A stretch of DNA of 64,000 bases from Octopus vulgaris (lineage: Eukaryota). Below the pieces are notes generated by a model. That model was not told the origin of the DNA, did no database searches, and saw nothing but the letters and a program-made list of their open reading frames with translations. The number at the start of each line of letters is the position of its first letter. The stretch's first letter is position 1. A program made the position numbers and the translations under genes. This document shows positions 35,243 to 48,986 of this stretch, one piece after another. The stretch lies in NCBI GenBank assembly GCA_951406725.2, contig OX597835.1, positions 50,654,001 through 50,718,000 of the forward strand, given 5' to 3'.

Positions 35243-38200
35243 TTTCCTCAGTTACGCGTCATTATTTTCATTTGCTACCCAATCGTTACATGAGTTCGTT
35301 TCTGTTTGTGTTTTTATTGTTATTGTGTGTTACTGTACATTTATTTGAACTGCTGTCTTTTGATAAACAGTAATTTTCACCCTATGGGGCAGAAAATTTC
35401 TGATATTTTTGTGAACTGTTATTTTTGAAAATTTTGGTGACAAGTTTTTCTTGTCATTTGCAACAAGTATGGATTTTGACCTCACATCCAATATGGATTT
35501 TCCAGAGATGGGAGAAGTTAAAAATAACAACAAAAAACCAAAGGATAACCAGGAAAAACGAAGTTTTTCAGCCACCATAGGTGGTAATGTCACTGAACTG
35601 GAAGTAGCCATGGACAAGCTCTTCCAGTTCAGAAAATTAATTTTTAAAAAACAGAGAAGAAACTAAGGTGATACCACCCCCTGAAACTGTTCAGGCAATT
35701 CAAGAAAAAACTGTTGTTTATAAAATTTGCAGTATAAAGGATAAAAGAATTACTGAAGTAAAAAATGAAGTCATTGAATGATGTATGGCACCAATATGGA
35801 ACAAGATTTGCTACGTTAACCGAGGTGTAAGAAGTACTACAATAGAAGCACATTTCGAGTCAGCTAACGTAGCAAAAGAAATTTCGACTCAAACACTGAA
35901 GTGTGAGGAGATTATGTTGCTGCCTATGTATTTGGGTCATCAAACGACAAAAGCAATGGTTGAGGAGATACCTGTTGGTTACGAAGTCATGTAATATTTG
36001 ACATCGAAGGGAAATTAACAATCCTGAAATGGTGATACAAGCAGATAACTCAACATTAGAAAATTTGCCAGATAGAGTCTTTGTGGGGGAGGGGCATACA
36101 ATTCGTGTATCGATGGAGGGACATAGGTCCAGGTGTTTTAAGTGCGGGCAAAAGGGCCACGTTCGCTCTACCTGCACAAAGAAAAGAGCAGTCGAGGTTC
36201 CTCCCCAAACCATGGAGAAAAACACAGAGAAAAAGAAACAGGAAAACACAGCACTAACAAAAGAAAATAACAAAAACAACAAAATGAAAAACAGAATGAA
36301 AAACAAAAGGAAGAAGAAAAAAACAAACAAAAGAAAATGAACAAGAAGATATGGAATACACAGCAGTTACCTACAAATGGAAAAAAGATAGCACCCCCAG
36401 ACTCCCCTCCCCAAACAAAAAGGAAAACTACAAACACCAACGAACAATGACAAAAAATTTTCCAATCCTACCCCCCGCCAGTGCTACGTTGATAGGACAG
36501 GCCAGTGTTTCAACATAGCCCACCCACCCTAACACTAAAAGGCTTTAAAAAACAGACAGGATTGTTGCTTTCAATGTTAAAAATGAGAGGGTTTTATGCT
36601 TGATTAAAGCACACCCACACATTAAATTTTTTAAGGTGACAGACAAAGAGTCTGACATTCATTATGCCAAAGTCAGAGGGGAGGAGTGGAAAGGAAAACT
36701 GCTCTAAGAACATGTTAAAGACAATTTAATCAAAGATGTCACCCAGGAGGTGATAGCCGGGAAGCTAGTTATCAGCCTGGCAGCCATTCTAACAGGTGAA
36801 AAGCCCAGCAACTACGGAAAGTTTTGGGGAAGCAGGCAGACAAAAACTTGCCATGTCCCCTTTTACAAATTTGTTTTCTTTCTTCAATGATTAAGTTAGG
36901 TTGTTTAAATGTGCATGGAATGGGGTTGAGATGGAAACAGGCTTGTTTCCTGAACGACCTCATGACACATAGAATAGATGTGGCTATTGTAACCGAGTCC
37001 AAGATGAGTGGACCTCAAGCATTCTCGTCTCTTCTGAGTGGTTACGAGAAATTTATTTCTCCTAGCCAAGGAGGGGGTGCAGGCATGGCAGTCCTTATCA
37101 GGAAGAACTTGGACTTACAGATAAGTACTGTCTTTCTGGACCCAGAAGGTAGGCTGGTTGTACTAGATGTGACATACGTGAGTACACAATCCTTCAGGTT
37201 GGTAGCTGTATACGCTTCTCAGAAGGGTATGCAGTCAGGTTTTTATCAGGAACTGGAGCACTTTCTAGTGACGTCTAAAACATTAGTTTTTTTAGGGGAC
37301 ATCAACACTATCCTCGAAGCGCAGGTCAATAGTGTGGGCTCAACTGATAGGAAAGGGAATCCTTGCCTCAAATGTCTACTACAGAGCTATAATCTAGTAG
37401 ACCATTACTGACTGGATGAGCCAAGCGTTCCAAAGTGGACATGGAGTAACAATGACGGCTCACGCAGATCGTAACTAGATAGGGTATTTATTAAAGAAAG
37501 AGATAGTGTTAGTTGTCTACAATTTTGTATTGTGCCTTACACAGATCACAAACTTGTGACGTGTGAGGTACACGTAGATAAATGTCATAGACAGAGACCC
37601 GGGTATTGGAAAATGAACAAGTCCATTTTGACTTGTGAAGCTTTCTGTACCCGGATTAAGGTGTTAGTTCAGAGGGCATTATGTGGCACCATCATTAACA
37701 ATAGATGGTGGCACACCCACAAAAGAGCCATCCGTTTGGCGTCCATTAGATTTAGCAAGCAGCTGGGTTTAGATAGGACTAGAACAGAGGGCGATTTAGT
37801 TAAGAACTTAGATGAGGCAATGGAATCTGGCTCTGCATCTAGAGTGTTGGCAGCGAGAACAGTCTTGTACCGTCACCTCAATGCCAAGCATGAAGATTGC
37901 AGAGTCAGAGCTAAGCTACATGCAGGGAAACGAGAAGGTATTAATGTTGCTGGATGGGCTCGTCGTGAGGAGAATCAGAGAAGTAAAAAGTCCTCTATAA
38001 AGTCTTTAACGGATGAACAGGGGCGCAAGATCTATGGAGAGGAGAAGATGCAGAAAGTCTTTCACCAGCATTTCACTCGGTTGTTCAGGGAAAGTGGTCC
38101 GCTTGAGCGGGGAGAGACCTTAAAGGACTTCCTAACTGGTGGACCGCGACTCTTGGCACGTGAGGCTGAATGCTGTGAAGGACCAATCACTCCCGCAGAG

Positions 38201-40480
38201 GTAAGAGAGGTGTTGGCTGAGTGTGCCAGGGAAAAGTCGCTGGGGTTAGATGGTTTGCTCTATGAGTTTTATCGTTGTATGCCGGACTTGTTCAGGGATA
38301 TACTGGCAGGTGTCTATGCAAACTGGCAACAGAATGGGAGGATTCCCAGTTCTGTGAGCCAGGGAGTTGTGACACTGGTCCAGAAAGACCTGAGCAAGTG
38401 GGGTAGTATCTGTAATTATAGGCCCATAACTCTACTTAATGTAGAGTTAAAGATTTTGGCGAAGGTGTTAGCAAAAAGGTTGACGGCTGTCATGGAGAAA
38501 ATTGTTGGAAAGGCGCAGACATGTACAATCCCAGGCAGGTTGATCTATGATAATCTTCACCTTCTCCACTACACCTTCGATAGGGTTGGGAAATTAGCCG
38601 TCAAAGGAGGAGCATTGGGCCATTTAGACCAAAGTAAAGTGTTCAATAGGGTAGACCATTGATACCTGGCGGCAGTCCTCGAAGCGGCTGGGCTGGGCCC
38701 TGGCTTTCATGGGTGGATCTCCGCTATGTACAGCGACATCAAGTCCACAGTCCAGATAAACGGCTACCTAACGGAGCCGTTTTCAATCAAGCATTCTGTT
38801 CATCAAGGGTGTCCCTTGTCTCCGCTTCTGTACGTTTTGGCTCTTAAGCCATTGCTGCAGAAGTTGGAGAAGTTTGGAGGCAACTCAAATGAAATCGGAT
38901 GCAGTAAGTCTGTTTCTGCTTATGCGAATGGTGTCATCCTCATCATGTCCAACAAAGCACAACTACCTCATGTAGAAGATGCTCTCCAAGGATACAAAGC
39001 ATTGGCAGGGGCAAAAGTTAACAATGACAAGTCCATCGGTTTGCGCCTCGGCACCTAGAGGAACAAGCCAATATCATCCAGTGTCGTTGGACACTGGACA
39101 GATGGTCCTGTTAAGTTGCTTGAGTTTGGTTTGGTTCAGACTCCCAGACAGAAATTTGAAGCAAGGTAGTGGACAAGGTGAAGGCAATAGAACGGAAGTG
39201 GTCTGGAAGGCCCCTGTCCTTGAAGGGCAGGGCAGAGGTGGTGCAGGTGTTCATAGCATCTGTAACCACCTACCACCTGTCCATTGTGCCTTGCCCCGAT
39301 TTGTGGCTAAACAAGTTGGAATGACTCCTCTTCCACTTTTTGTGAAGGGAGGAAAGCCACTTGTGAGGCACTCTGTTTGCTGCCAGGAACCATTAAAGGG
39401 TGGACTGGGAATGCCCTGGCTAATGCGCAGACATGCATTGAGGCTGAGACATCTCTGGTCCCACCTGGAGAGTGATAAGGTGTGAGTCTGCTAGCGGAGG
39501 AGTTCTTGCCACGATCAGCCTCTTTGGAGAGATTTAAACCCGGTTTCATTAAAAAACGTAATCTGACTTTATGGCAGAAGGAGTGCCATCTAGCACTCTG
39601 GCTGATCCACAAGACAGGCAAGGCCGGCAGTGGGAATACCACCTCAGTGTTCTATAGAGGGCTGGTAGAGGCAAAAAGCGATGACGTCCTAGGAGGGGCT
39701 CTGGGGTTCAATGAGAACCAACTTGCCAACCTGTTCAAAAGAACTTTCAGGCCAGGGTACTTGGACAACTAAAAATCCCTGACCTGGCAGTGCTACAGGA
39801 ATGCATTACCTGTTTGTGATAAGTTATCCAAGCACGGTTTGTCAGTGCCACTGACATGTCCAAGATGTGGACTGGACGTTGAAACCGTTCAGCACGCTTT
39901 TATCGGGAGCTATCTAGCTTCATAAGTTATGTCGAACACATGTTGTCGCATCTGGGACGAGTACAGCTGTCAACTGGATCTATAATAAAGATGATACCGC
40001 CAACTGGACCCTCAAGGAAGGTAAGGCTTGTTTTTACTGTACAGTTGCAGTACTGAAAGAGTGTGTTTGGAGGACTAGAATGGAAGGTTTTGTGACAGGG
40101 TCCTTCGTCTCTGGTCCTGGTTTGCTGTGTTACTTCAGATACCATCTGAAGAGCAAGATGGGGTTCACCGAGTGAATATGAGGAACGATGGAAGGATGTG
40201 TTGAGAAAGGTGGGTGTCAGTAACCCAGCTTAATCATCGATGAAAGGAAAAGCTAGTTGCTGGGACTTATAGGCTGCCAGCTTCAATCTTTTAAACTTTT
40301 ATTGTTTTATTTCTTTGTTTTATTTTTAAAAAAAGTTCTAGTTAAAGGTAAAAAATTAGTTATTCATATAAAATAAATTTTTAACATAATGCTCATTCGA
40401 ACTCATTTAACATTTTTGTATTTGTTTGTCTTGTAATGTCCTTTTCTATGTACGATCTTAATGATCATAATACAGATTTT
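35243..40480 (+). mobile_element. Full-length but decayed Tx1/L1-clade LINE with 18-bp TSD
   Basis: TSD acctctagcYgaacaatt at 35225-35242 and 40481-40498. ORF1 with zinc knuckle CFKCGQKGHVRSTC. ORF2 EN (LGCLNVHG, TDHKLV, PGYWKMN), RT (YRPITLLN, QGCPLSPLLY) and C-terminal CPRC..ETVQH. Multiple stops and frameshifts. Confidence 0.93.
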
Positions 40481-40500
40481 ACCTCTAGCTGAACAATTAT

Positions 40501-40545
40501 TCTGTGCTGATGAAGGGAAATAATCTGGAAATCATGATACACAGA
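40501..40545 (+). ncRNA. Minimal type I hammerhead ribozyme with intact catalytic core
   Basis: tctgtg-CTGATGA-agggaaataatctg-GAAA-tcatga-TA-cacaga: perfect 6-bp stem I, weak stem II, palindromic stem III ATCATGAT, predicted cleavage after A40539. Confidence 0.8.
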
Positions 40546-43500
40546 TATTGTTTTGAGCTGAGTGGGGGTGCTAGATTCCCTTGTTCGAAAATATAAGGAC
40601 ACAGATCATATCATATAGCCAGCTGGAGATGATGTCTCCTGGGGCTAAATTACAGCAACATTCATCGTAAACCAGGACTGCCATGTTATGTTGGCGAACA
40701 ATCTTTCCTCTCATTTTATCTTCCTCATCCCACCACCATTGCCAAGAATCACCACCCATTCTCTCTTCTATTATCTGTTAGTTACAGAAGCCACTTCAGG
40801 CTCTTAGCCTTGCAACTTATGAGGTGATCTCCATTGTTGATGCTACAAAAAGCATCTAGCATACACTGTAAAGTGGTTGTTATTAGGAATTGCAACGAGC
40901 TATGGAAACCATCCAAAGCAGATACTGACGCAGAAACACAGTCCCTTGGCTTTGTAGATCTAGTTGAACTGTCCAGCCCATAGATACATGGAAACTGGAT
41001 ATTAAATGAGACTATGAGAGTGTGTGTGTGTCTGTGCACACAACAAAACCATGAACTAGAAACCCTTAAACAATTATCACCCTTAAGAAATATAATCCCT
41101 ATAAAAGGACAATGAGGTTCAGGTACATGGTGAATATGAGACAGAATAGGGGGAAAAGGTATGTGCACTGAGTGAAAAATAGTGTGACAGGATTAGAGAG
41201 AAGAAACGAGTTGGATGCAGGAGAGAGCAGTTCAGTGTATAGGGAAGTGAAGAAAATAGGGTAACATAAAAGACTGGGTGTGAGAAGATGAGCTGCAAAA
41301 GAAGCCTCAATTCTGCTGAGATGGATGGGTCTTCTCAAGCACAGCATAAAACCATGCATCTTCATCTTCCCCCACCACCATCATCTCCCCGGAGGTTCAA
41401 ATTATATGTGTGTGTGTGTATCAACAATAATAAGGATTATTACAAAGGGACATAGTATTATTAACTGTTGTATAACCTATTCTGAATACCTAACTGACAG
41501 CAAACTGGTAAATGTTTGGAGTAAAGTAGTGTACTAAACAGAAATCCCTACAATAAGTACCATATATACAATTAAGTGCTAGATTGATATGGCTAACTTT
41601 AAAAAAAAAACTTACAAGATTGTGCTCTAGTATGGCCACTGACTCATAACTGAGGCAAGTGAAAAGGTAAGCGTTTTTGCAATTAGAAAACAAATACATA
41701 AATTTAATGGAAAAGAAATTTGGACAAAATTTGTCTTCAATTTTGTTTTTTCTATCAAGAGTTATTTTTTTATGCATCTATTTTAAGAAAAACTAAATTC
41801 TACAATTTCTAAAAGTATCTAATCACAGGAGCAGGTTCCAAACCAAAAATATATTTATAGGACTTAACATTTGGTTTGATTTTCAAAATCAATGTTGGAT
41901 AAGGTGGAGATAGGAGTAGAGATGTCAATGTGAACGTCTTCAGTAATCCTAGTACACACATAAGACTGCCTGCATTAGATATGTGTCAATGCTTGTAAGA
42001 GTGTGTGTGTGTGTGTGCTTAGAGGAGTAAGTCTGTGTGCTTACAGAAATATGTGTAAGTGAATATACGAGTGAGTGCACAAGCACCAGTGAAAGTGTGG
42101 AAGTATGTATGTGTGAGTGAGCAAGTGTGGAAGTGTGTGTGTGTGCACACGCATATGAATGAGCATGAGTGTGTGTGTGTACATATAAATGAGGGTGTGT
42201 GAGTGAGAGTATGTTAACAAGTGAGAGTGCGTGAATGTGTGCATTTTCAGTAAATCAACTCCAAGCTGACAAACCCAGTTAGGAAACTGATAACTTTGGC
42301 CTTAAACAGAGTCAGTTAGTTTTCTCAAATGTAGTTCAATGCATAAATTACACTTTAGGGTGAGTAGCAGAAGGAGGTGGGATGGAAGGAGATTGAAATA
42401 TCAAAAAGTTCTGGATTATAGAATATTCAGGTCATACAAATATTTTCTCTAAATTCCAAGAGTCTGAGATAGTGCACAGCCTTTGGTCATTGGATTCCCA
42501 GACCATTGTAGACTATGGTTGGTGGATGGTATAATTGGTAGAGCATTGGATAAAATATCTTTTAGCATTTGGTTATGCCTATTTATGTTCAATTCCCAGA
42601 GTTCAATTCCCAATCAAGTTCACTTTACTGTTTACTCTTCCAAAATAAAGACTGTGACCAATCACTAACCAGTAATTTAGTCATCTAAATGCTTAGGAGA
42701 AATGTATACAAGTTTTAATAAACCCATTTTAATCTCACACATTCCCACCTAACACAAGCGTCTCTTGATAGAAACCCATTCAGGCAATGATTAGGACATC
42801 AACCAGCCAGTAAGATACTTTGCAATTTACTTGTTAATACTTCAGAAAGTTATAGAGTGTTTACACTTTGATGCGAGTCTATATCTAGCACTTGACAATG
42901 AGGAATAAAAAATTATGGAAGATAAACTAGGAATCATCTTAAATGTGCAACAACAAATATTACATTGGTACAGGCATGTGATGGATGGGAAACATAACGA
43001 GTAAGTGAAGAAACATCCAAGGGGAGGGAAACTGGAAGAGAAAGACCAAGACCAAAGAAATAGTAGAAGCTGATCTCAGGATCTTTTACTTGTTTTAGTC
43101 ATCAGACCTCAGCCATGCTGGGGCACCACCTTGACAAATTTTTAGTTGAATGACTCAAACACAGTACTTTATTTTTTTTTTTTAAAGCCTAGTACTTATA
43201 TTTTTTGCTGAACTGCTAAGGGGACACAAACACACCAACACCAGTTGTCAAACAGTGGTGGGAGGACAAATACACACACACAGAAGCTTCTTTCAGTTTC
43301 TGTCTACCAAATCCATTCAAAAGCTTTGGCCAGCCTGAGGCTATAGTAGAAGACACCCAAGATGCCATGCAATGGTATTGAACTCAGAACCATGTGACTG
43401 AAAAGCAAGCTGCTTACCACACAGCCATGCCTGTCCATAAAATATGATAATATCTGAATTAAGAAAATAATAATATACTAGGAATGTTATTGCTGGATGC

Positions 43501-45856
43501 CTTTGATCATAGGTCAGCCAAATCCGGACTAATCTAGGACTAAGCAATGATACCAAATGATTTTATTAAAGCCAAAGAATAGCGTCAGTGATGGAAATGT
43601 CAACTAGCACCTCAAGGTACCCAGCTAGGATTGTCAACGTTGTTTATCAGAGCATGTAAAGAGCCAACAGTCACCTACAAACGAGTATGTATCAAGCATT
43701 TGCCAATTGTTTTAGGTGCCTACATAGTTATGAGCAAGCATAGACATCCTCTCAACTCTACCTTACATTGACCCAAAAGAACAACCAGGGTTTGTCATCT
43801 GAAAGGTGAAAAGTACACCAACAAATGAAATAGAGCCAAAGAGACAGGAGCAACGTGAATGTGTCTTACGCAAGGATACAACACATCACCTAGTCCAAGA
43901 ACTGAATCCCTTGACATCATGACTGTGGTTCAAACACCCTAAACACAAGGCCTAGAACATGGATAATTGAAGAAAAGATCTCAGAATTTGTGGATGCTAA
44001 TCCTTTAGAAGTTACCCTAGCCAAAAAGAAGTTATTTCAACATGATACTTGTTAACTAAATTCAAGAAGACATTTAGCAAAAATATAACCATTTTGTCAA
44101 TTTTCAACATATTTCCTAGTCATAAATTTAATATTTTACACTGAATTTCACAGTTGCCTATATTGTATGCCTATGTATTAGGGGAGGCTCCTGGTATCTA
44201 TGCCACAGCATGCAATTATAAGAATCGAAACCATATAATTGAAGCAGAATACACATGGCATGTATGTACCCTCTTTTCCAGCTGTCTCATTTTAAAAATC
44301 AAAGATTTAAATTAAATTTGGATTCGTTAATTGTATTAATCATCATTATTGCTTTAACGTCTAGTTTTTTATGTTTGCATAGATCAGACAAAAGTATGTT
44401 GGGTCAAAGTTTTCTAAGGCAAGCTGCTCCATTTGTTTCTAAGCAAACTAATATTCTGCTAGTCTACCAAGTAACAAACAGAATGGACTGCTTTCTCAAT
44501 GGACTGTAAGCAAATAACACCACAGTGATGTCCATGTTTACAAGTGAACACATGACAAATAAGCAAAATATGAACTCCCTCTCTTACACGTGCACGCACA
44601 CACAAGTAGCTTCACGTTACAGCTACCTCAGAATATTGGGAAACGAAAATATGACTATTAACTTTGGGATATGGTCTTTAATTTTGCTCTTACAGGAAAC
44701 TCATATTGTGTAGTTTTAAATTGTCAACAACTTAAAATTTACTTTTTTTTCTTGGCTCAATGGCCACTTGCATTTTAGTTAAGATCAAAGCATATAGTTA
44801 ACGATTTGAACAATTATCATCATGTTACACACATACACACGTATATATAATGTACATAGTGTGTGTGTGTGTGTGTAATGAACGGGTGCTTATGTGTATG
44901 TTTCAATCAACATGAACACAATCATCACCAACAACAACAGTAATATATAGTATGAAGAAGTAAAGAAATAAGTCCATTTCAAAGAAAAACAAAGGTGTAG
45001 CCTAGTATTTGAAAAGTTGAATGAAATGTGTTTGATCTGAGGTCTATGAGGATTGACTTCAAACTCAACAGCTACATCAATACAATTAGCAAGAACAAAA
45101 GAACCACTTCAACACCAACAATATTCACACACTGTGACTAACATCTAGATCAGGCCTGGCCAACAGAATTGCATTGCTGGCCATTTTAATCACAGCAAGT
45201 TTTTCGAGGGTTGCTTCTATACTTAATGCATTCACAGTCAAATAATCAAATTACAGACTCAAGAATTTTTCATACTTTTCATTTTATTCTTTTACACATT
45301 TCAGTCATTTGATTGTGGCCATGCTGGAGCACTGCCTTTTAGTTGAACAAATCAACCCCCAGGACTTTTTCTTTGTAAGCCTAGTACTTATTTTATCAGT
45401 CTCTTATTTTACACTAACAATTTTATTTTGAAATTAAACACAATAAAGAGGTCACCCATTTCAAGAAAGTATTGAGCGGGCCACAAGATAAAAGTCTGTG
45501 AGTTGTGGGCCTCAGATTGGCCAGCTCCGATCAAGACCAATGCAACCCACTTCATCACCACCATCAACCCCAATGTGTGTGCATGCACGTGTGCACACAC
45601 ATTTATGTCTTAAATCAGAAATGCAAGGAGTAAATTGCCAATAAAACCAGGTGACTCTTCCAGAAACTAATCCTATCCTACTTTCTCTTCCTCAGTCCTT
45701 CACTTTTTCATCTCAATTTCATTATTGCATCAATAGGAAGAAAGACCATTTTCAGCTCTCACAAATCAGGTTTCCTTGGCCAATTATATTTTGACCACAT
45801 ATTTTGTTGTGGTTATTTAATTGCCACTGTTGTTGGATTTGCTTTCAATGTAAGAT

Positions 45857-47900
45857 GTGTGGAAAGAAGCTATCAAGTAGACCTGAAGACAGTAGTGCAA
45901 AGAGGAACCATAAAGGATTACACTGGATATCAAATGGTGTTTTAAAAATGCTTGATAAGTTAGTAGAACTAAGTTATATTGCCAAAACATTAAATCTTTC
46001 AATGTCTACAGTGGAACAATGCATGACAACAGTATAAAAATTGTCAAGAGCTCAAGAAGTTACCCCATTAACTGTCCAGACCTTATTTTTCCATAGATCT
46101 AAAGTCATGGAACAACTACTGAGTGTATGGATTGAGCATCAGAATCAGCGTAATGTGCTGATAAACACAATGGTAATTCAAAAGAGCCAACAATTTATAC
46201 GACGATTTTCAGAAAAAGGAAGGTGAAACTTCTAAAGGAAATACCTTTTTTACTAGCAAAAGCTGGTTTGAAAGGTTTAAGAAATGTATGAATTTGCATG
46301 GCATGAAAATGACTGGTGAAACTGAGAGCGCGGATACAGAGGCTGCTACTAATTATCCCGAGAAGTTGAAGAAAATGATTGCTGAAGGGAGCTACACACC
46401 CAAGCAAGTATACAATGTTGATGAAATGGCACTTTTCTGGAAGTACATGCCTGCTAGAACTTTTATTTCTCAAGAAGAAAAATTGACACCAAAATTGATA
46501 GCTTCCAAGTTTTGAGAAGAAATACGTCTTTGGGAGGAAATACTACTTGACTTGACTTGACTTGACAGCATTCACCCGGGGTGGATTGAGCTGGCTTCAT
46601 TCATCCTCAATGCTGCATCTCTCACAAACACCGACCAGGCCTGGCAATTTGAGGCTAACAACCGTGTGATCTCCAACCACTCCTTATTCCAGCGGCGAAC
46701 GTCATAGATATGGGGGCCTAGGTTGGGTTCCAGATCAGCCTTGATTGTCATCAGCCAGGTTTTTCGTTGTCCACCACATCGCTTTCGCCAACCCTGAAGG
46801 GGACCTGGGGCAATTGCTTCGTAGATGAATTCTCCTGATTGACAACGGCGGGCATGACCCAGCCAACGCAGACGTCTCATTAGGATGACTTGTCGGAGGG
46901 AGGTGATTCTGGACTGGTGTCGCACCGAATTGTTGGAGACAAAGTTAGGGTATATCATGTATATCAGGAAATACTACTAGTAACATGAAATTAAAACCCC
47001 TACACATGTATCATTCTGAAAATCTTAGGGCTTTCAAGGGTTACACAAAGTTTAATCTGATTTGACATTCAAATGAGAAAGCATGGATGACTTTCAGAGT
47101 CTTTTCAGAGAATGATTTATAAACGTATTCGTCTGTGGTACAGTGCCAAACAACATTTCCAACAAAGCATTGCTTCTTTCAGACACTACACTGAACCACC
47201 CAGTGAACTTAGATGACCTTTCTGATAATGTGAGTGGAATATATCCCCATGAATGCACCTTTTTCGCTCCAGTTGTACTAGCTAACTTTAAGGCATATTA
47301 TACAAGAACTTTTAAACAACTTATAAAGCTATTGATGGGGAGGATATACAAACAGTTAAAGATTTCTGGAAGAAATTCTACATAATGGATGCTGTGGATA
47401 ATACAGCTGAGTTGTGGGATGAAGTGAAACCTTCATCTTTGGATAGTGCTTGGAAAAGTAGATGACCAGACTGTATCCATGACATTGCAAGTTCTTCCTC
47501 AAGCAGAGAGTGTACATCAAATTTGGAAAGATATTGTGACACTTATAAAGAATGTAGGATTTGAAAAAGTCATAGAGGATGATGTGATTGAGTTGCTAGT
47601 GCTAATGAGAAGTTGATACCATTAGAACAAGCTGAGAATACTGAGGAGACAACATAAGTTACACCTACACTCAAAAACTACAAAAATTATTGCTAAATGG
47701 TTGGCACTGATAGAGGAAGGTCTGTAGGTTTTTGCTGATAATGACTAATTGTGAATGTAACAAAGATTACAAGAGGAGCTTACAATGAACTCAATTCCAA
47801 CTGAGCTGCAGAAAGAAATGATGCGTCATAAATAACAAACAACTTTGGATAAGTTCTTCACCCATCAAGCTGATGTTAATGACAACAAAGAATAAGATAC
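45857..47900 (+). mobile_element. Tigger/pogo (CENP-B-like) transposase remnant
   Basis: MEQLLSVWIEHQ, SWFERFK, LHGMKMTGETESAD...YTPKQVYNVDEMALFWKYMPARTF, NKALLLSD, ANFKAYY. Frameshifted. Confidence 0.88.
46548..46965 (-). mobile_element. 5'-truncated RTE insertion in Tigger with 13-bp TSD and (CAAGT)n tail
   Basis: TSD aggaaatactact at 46535-46547 and 46966-46978. ORF 46572-46958 RRLRWLGHARR...WRKRCGGQRKTW. Confidence 0.9.
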
Positions 47901-48757
47901 CAAATATTGTCCTTCCTCTTCCTGGTAAAGCTCATTCTACCACCACCCCTCACCCCTCATAGTCAATTATCTTTTGTGGTAAGAACTTACTCTTACACTA
48001 TTACAATACTTATTAATTCCTCAACTTATTCCTCTTGAAATGTTTTTGCAGTTTTATGTATGTATATTGTACCATTTATGTTTAGAAATAGTTATTTTCA
48101 TATATAAAGGTGATCGTGTTACTTCATTTGTGTTGCTTCCCTGTGCTTCTTTTGTTTTTTGCAATAAAGTCTGTAGGAACACAATCTCACCTGATAAAAT
48201 GAAAATCGAAAGAAAAATTTATTTCACATTACTGAATTTCGTGTTACGACCAGATATTCGAGAACACATTATTTCCGTAAATAATATACACACACACACA
48301 AATATATGTATATCATATATACATATATCGTCATAATCATCACTTAATGTCTGCTTTCCATGCTGGCATGGGTTAGATGGTTTCACTGGAACTGGTAAGC
48401 TGTAAGGCTGCACCAAGGAGAGTAATGGGTGCTTTTTACATGGCACCAGCAACAGCCACAACTGATTCCATTTACACGACACCGACAACAGCCATGACTA
48501 GCATTTGACTTGACTGTCAACCTTTTCCTTATGAAAGGAAGTATGTACTCTACTTAAAAGCATTAAGCAATCCCTCAGTTTAATGTTAAATTATTTTTAT
48601 ATGTCTTGAGATAAAAAAAAAAAAAAGATGAGCTTCTTTCAATTTCCATTTACAAAATCTACTCACAAGGCTCTGGTTGGCCTTGGCATTCATAGAAGAC
48701 ACATGCAAAAATTTCCACTGATATACATGTATGTTTGGATAAACATATATGAAAAAG

Positions 48758-48986
48758 TGGCGAGCTGGCAGAAACGTTAGCATGCCGGGCGAAATGCTTA
48801 GCAGTATTTCGTCTGTCATTACGTTCTGAGTTCAAATTCCGCCAAGGTCGACTTTGCCTTTCATCCTTTCGGGGTCGATAAATAAAGTACCAGTTTTGCA
48901 CTGGGGTCGATGTAATCGATTTAACCCCTTTGTCTGTCCTTGTTTGTCCCCCTCTGTGTTTAGCTCCTTGTGGGCAATAAAGAAAT
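48758..48986 (+). mobile_element. Full-length tRNA-related (Meta-like) SINE with 13-bp TSD
   Basis: TSD atatatgaaaaag at 48745-48757 and 48987-48999. Same family as 31904-32129. Confidence 0.88.

Larger units (their letters stand above)
35024..40706. repeat. Fold-back hammerhead element (132-bp inverted arms at 35024-35155 and 40575-40706) split by the Tx1 insertion
   Basis: aaagattgtttgccaacataacatggca...atattttcaaacaagggaat vs attcccttgttcgaaaatat...tgccatgttatgttggcgaacaatcttt. Confidence 0.9.
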
